NCBI RefSeq assembly: GCF_001194135.2
Contig: NC_068988.1
Location: forward strand, 80,753,113-80,817,112
Direction: 5' to 3'
Length of the DNA stretch: 64,000 bases
DNA from: Octopus bimaculoides
Taxonomy: Eukaryota
Below are positions 62,627 to 64,000 of the stretch, piece after piece. The notes under the pieces are model-generated. The model was not told the origin of the DNA and made no database searches. It was given only the letters and a program-made list of their open reading frames with translations. Position 1 is the stretch's first letter; every line of letters begins with the position of its first letter. A program made the translations under genes and the position numbers.

Positions 62627-63444
62627 TATGTTGTAGAAGACTGTGTAATTATACCATACGGGTCTATTGTTCAAACATTATGGAGTAGCGCTTATTATTA
62701 CTATCAAAGATGGAAATTTTTCTATCACTCTATGAGAATTATTCCTGGCAGAACATGCCACAATTCTTTGCTTCTTATTTCAGATGAGATTTTCTATAAA
62801 TGAACAGTGTTTTTCTTTTAATTGTTTAGTATTGTCTTCTTATCCTCATTATTATCATTATTATCATTATTATCATCCCGATAATTTATGTATTCTGGGG
62901 ATTGTATGTCTCAAAACATTTACTCCTCCCCAACTCTTTGTGTGTGTGTGTTGTCTCTGTCTGTCTGTATGTATGTATGTATATATATGTATGTGTGTGT
63001 GTCTTTATATATTCAATATGTGTCTGTATCTGTGTGTGTGTGTGTATTTGTGTGTGTATGTGTGTGTGTGGTATATATATATATATATATATATAGATCA
63101 GGTATTTCTCCCAATTTCATCTCCCTTAGGTCAACCCTGTATATTTCTTACTTACCCTATCCTCCTCCACTCAAACTACAGCCAGCTCATATTACTTGTT
63201 CATCCTCTTATCTTGTGATACTTCTAATTCCCTGTTGCTTACTGAGATAGTTTGAATTCATTCATCTTATCATCTTTATCAAGCAATACCTTTTATAAGC
63301 AGTTCTCACTCTGCCTTTTATTGCTCAGCCACAATATATTATATTCCTATCTTCCACAAGTATTTCTTTCTCATGTTTCTTTATCATGTCATTACTCTCA
63401 TTCATCTCTCATATCACTAACCTTCCATCTATTTTGTGTTGGAA

Positions 63445-63990
63445 GGTGTAGTGTTGTGAGTTGAAAAGATGTAGCGTTGTCAGTTGGGAAGCTGGTAGGT
63501 TCTGAGTTAGAAAAGTGTAGTGCTGTGGGATAGGAAGGTGTGGTATTGTGAACTGGAAAGATGTTGTGATTTGAGATTGAAAGGGGTGTAGTGTTGTGAG
63601 CTGAAAAGGTGAAGTGTTGTGAGATAGGAAGGTGTATGCTTGGAGATAAGAAGGTTTAGTATTGTGAGTTGGGTAGGTGTAGTGTTGTGAGATAGGAAGG
63701 GATAGGGTTGTGAGTTAGTAAGGGGTAGTGTTATGAGATAGGAAGGGATAGGGTTGTGAGTTAGTAAGGGGTAGTGTTGTGAGATAGGAAGGGGTAGGGT
63801 TGTGAGTTAGTAAGGGGTAGTGTTATGAGATAGGAAGGGATAGGGTTGTGAGTTAGTAAGGTGTAGTGTTGTGAGATAGGAAGGGGTAGGGTTGTGAGTT
63901 AGTAAGGGGTAGTGTTATGAGATAGGAAGGGGTAGGGTTGTGAGTTAGTAAGGGGTAGTGTTAGGAGTAGGGAAGGTATTGTGTTGAGGA
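63445..63990. repeat. Minisatellite: degenerate ~23-bp monomers grading into six 46-bp dimers
   Basis: 46-bp period starts at 63679, 63725, 63771, 63817, 63863 and 63909 (gtagtgttgtgagataggaagggatagggttgtgagttagtaaggg). Confidence 0.92.
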
Positions 63991-64000
63991 AATTGTTGTG

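Overview
AT-rich, gapped eukaryotic genomic DNA that is almost entirely repeats. The SINE families, microsatellite load and TTAGGG repeats point to an octopod cephalopod, probably Octopus (inference, not verified). No complete host gene is present. There is one convincing + strand coding exon with good splice sites (36517-36786, product unidentified) and one weaker candidate (49744-49872). The rest is decayed transposons. These include four Penelope-like element (PLE) fragments of different types, one a near-complete Naiad-like RT+GIY-YIG copy, plus RTE and Tx1-like LINE pieces. There are also four mariner copies, a Tc1, a DD37D-type element, a Helitron fragment, a Helentron-like HINE, several MITEs, many SINEs and tandem repeats. 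Most notable: (i) four sequence-distinct type I hammerhead ribozyme motifs at five sites, one with an intact core and a long stem II inside a 106-bp inverted repeat; (ii) two copies of a foldback MITE with 8-bp target-site duplications carrying internal TTAGGG arrays, head-to-head in one copy; (iii) a ~230-bp local copy of a PLE-end/Tc1-TIR junction pasted into the Naiad-like ORF. Nearly all long ORFs in the supplied track are N-gap or microsatellite artefacts. Boundaries of decayed elements are approximate.
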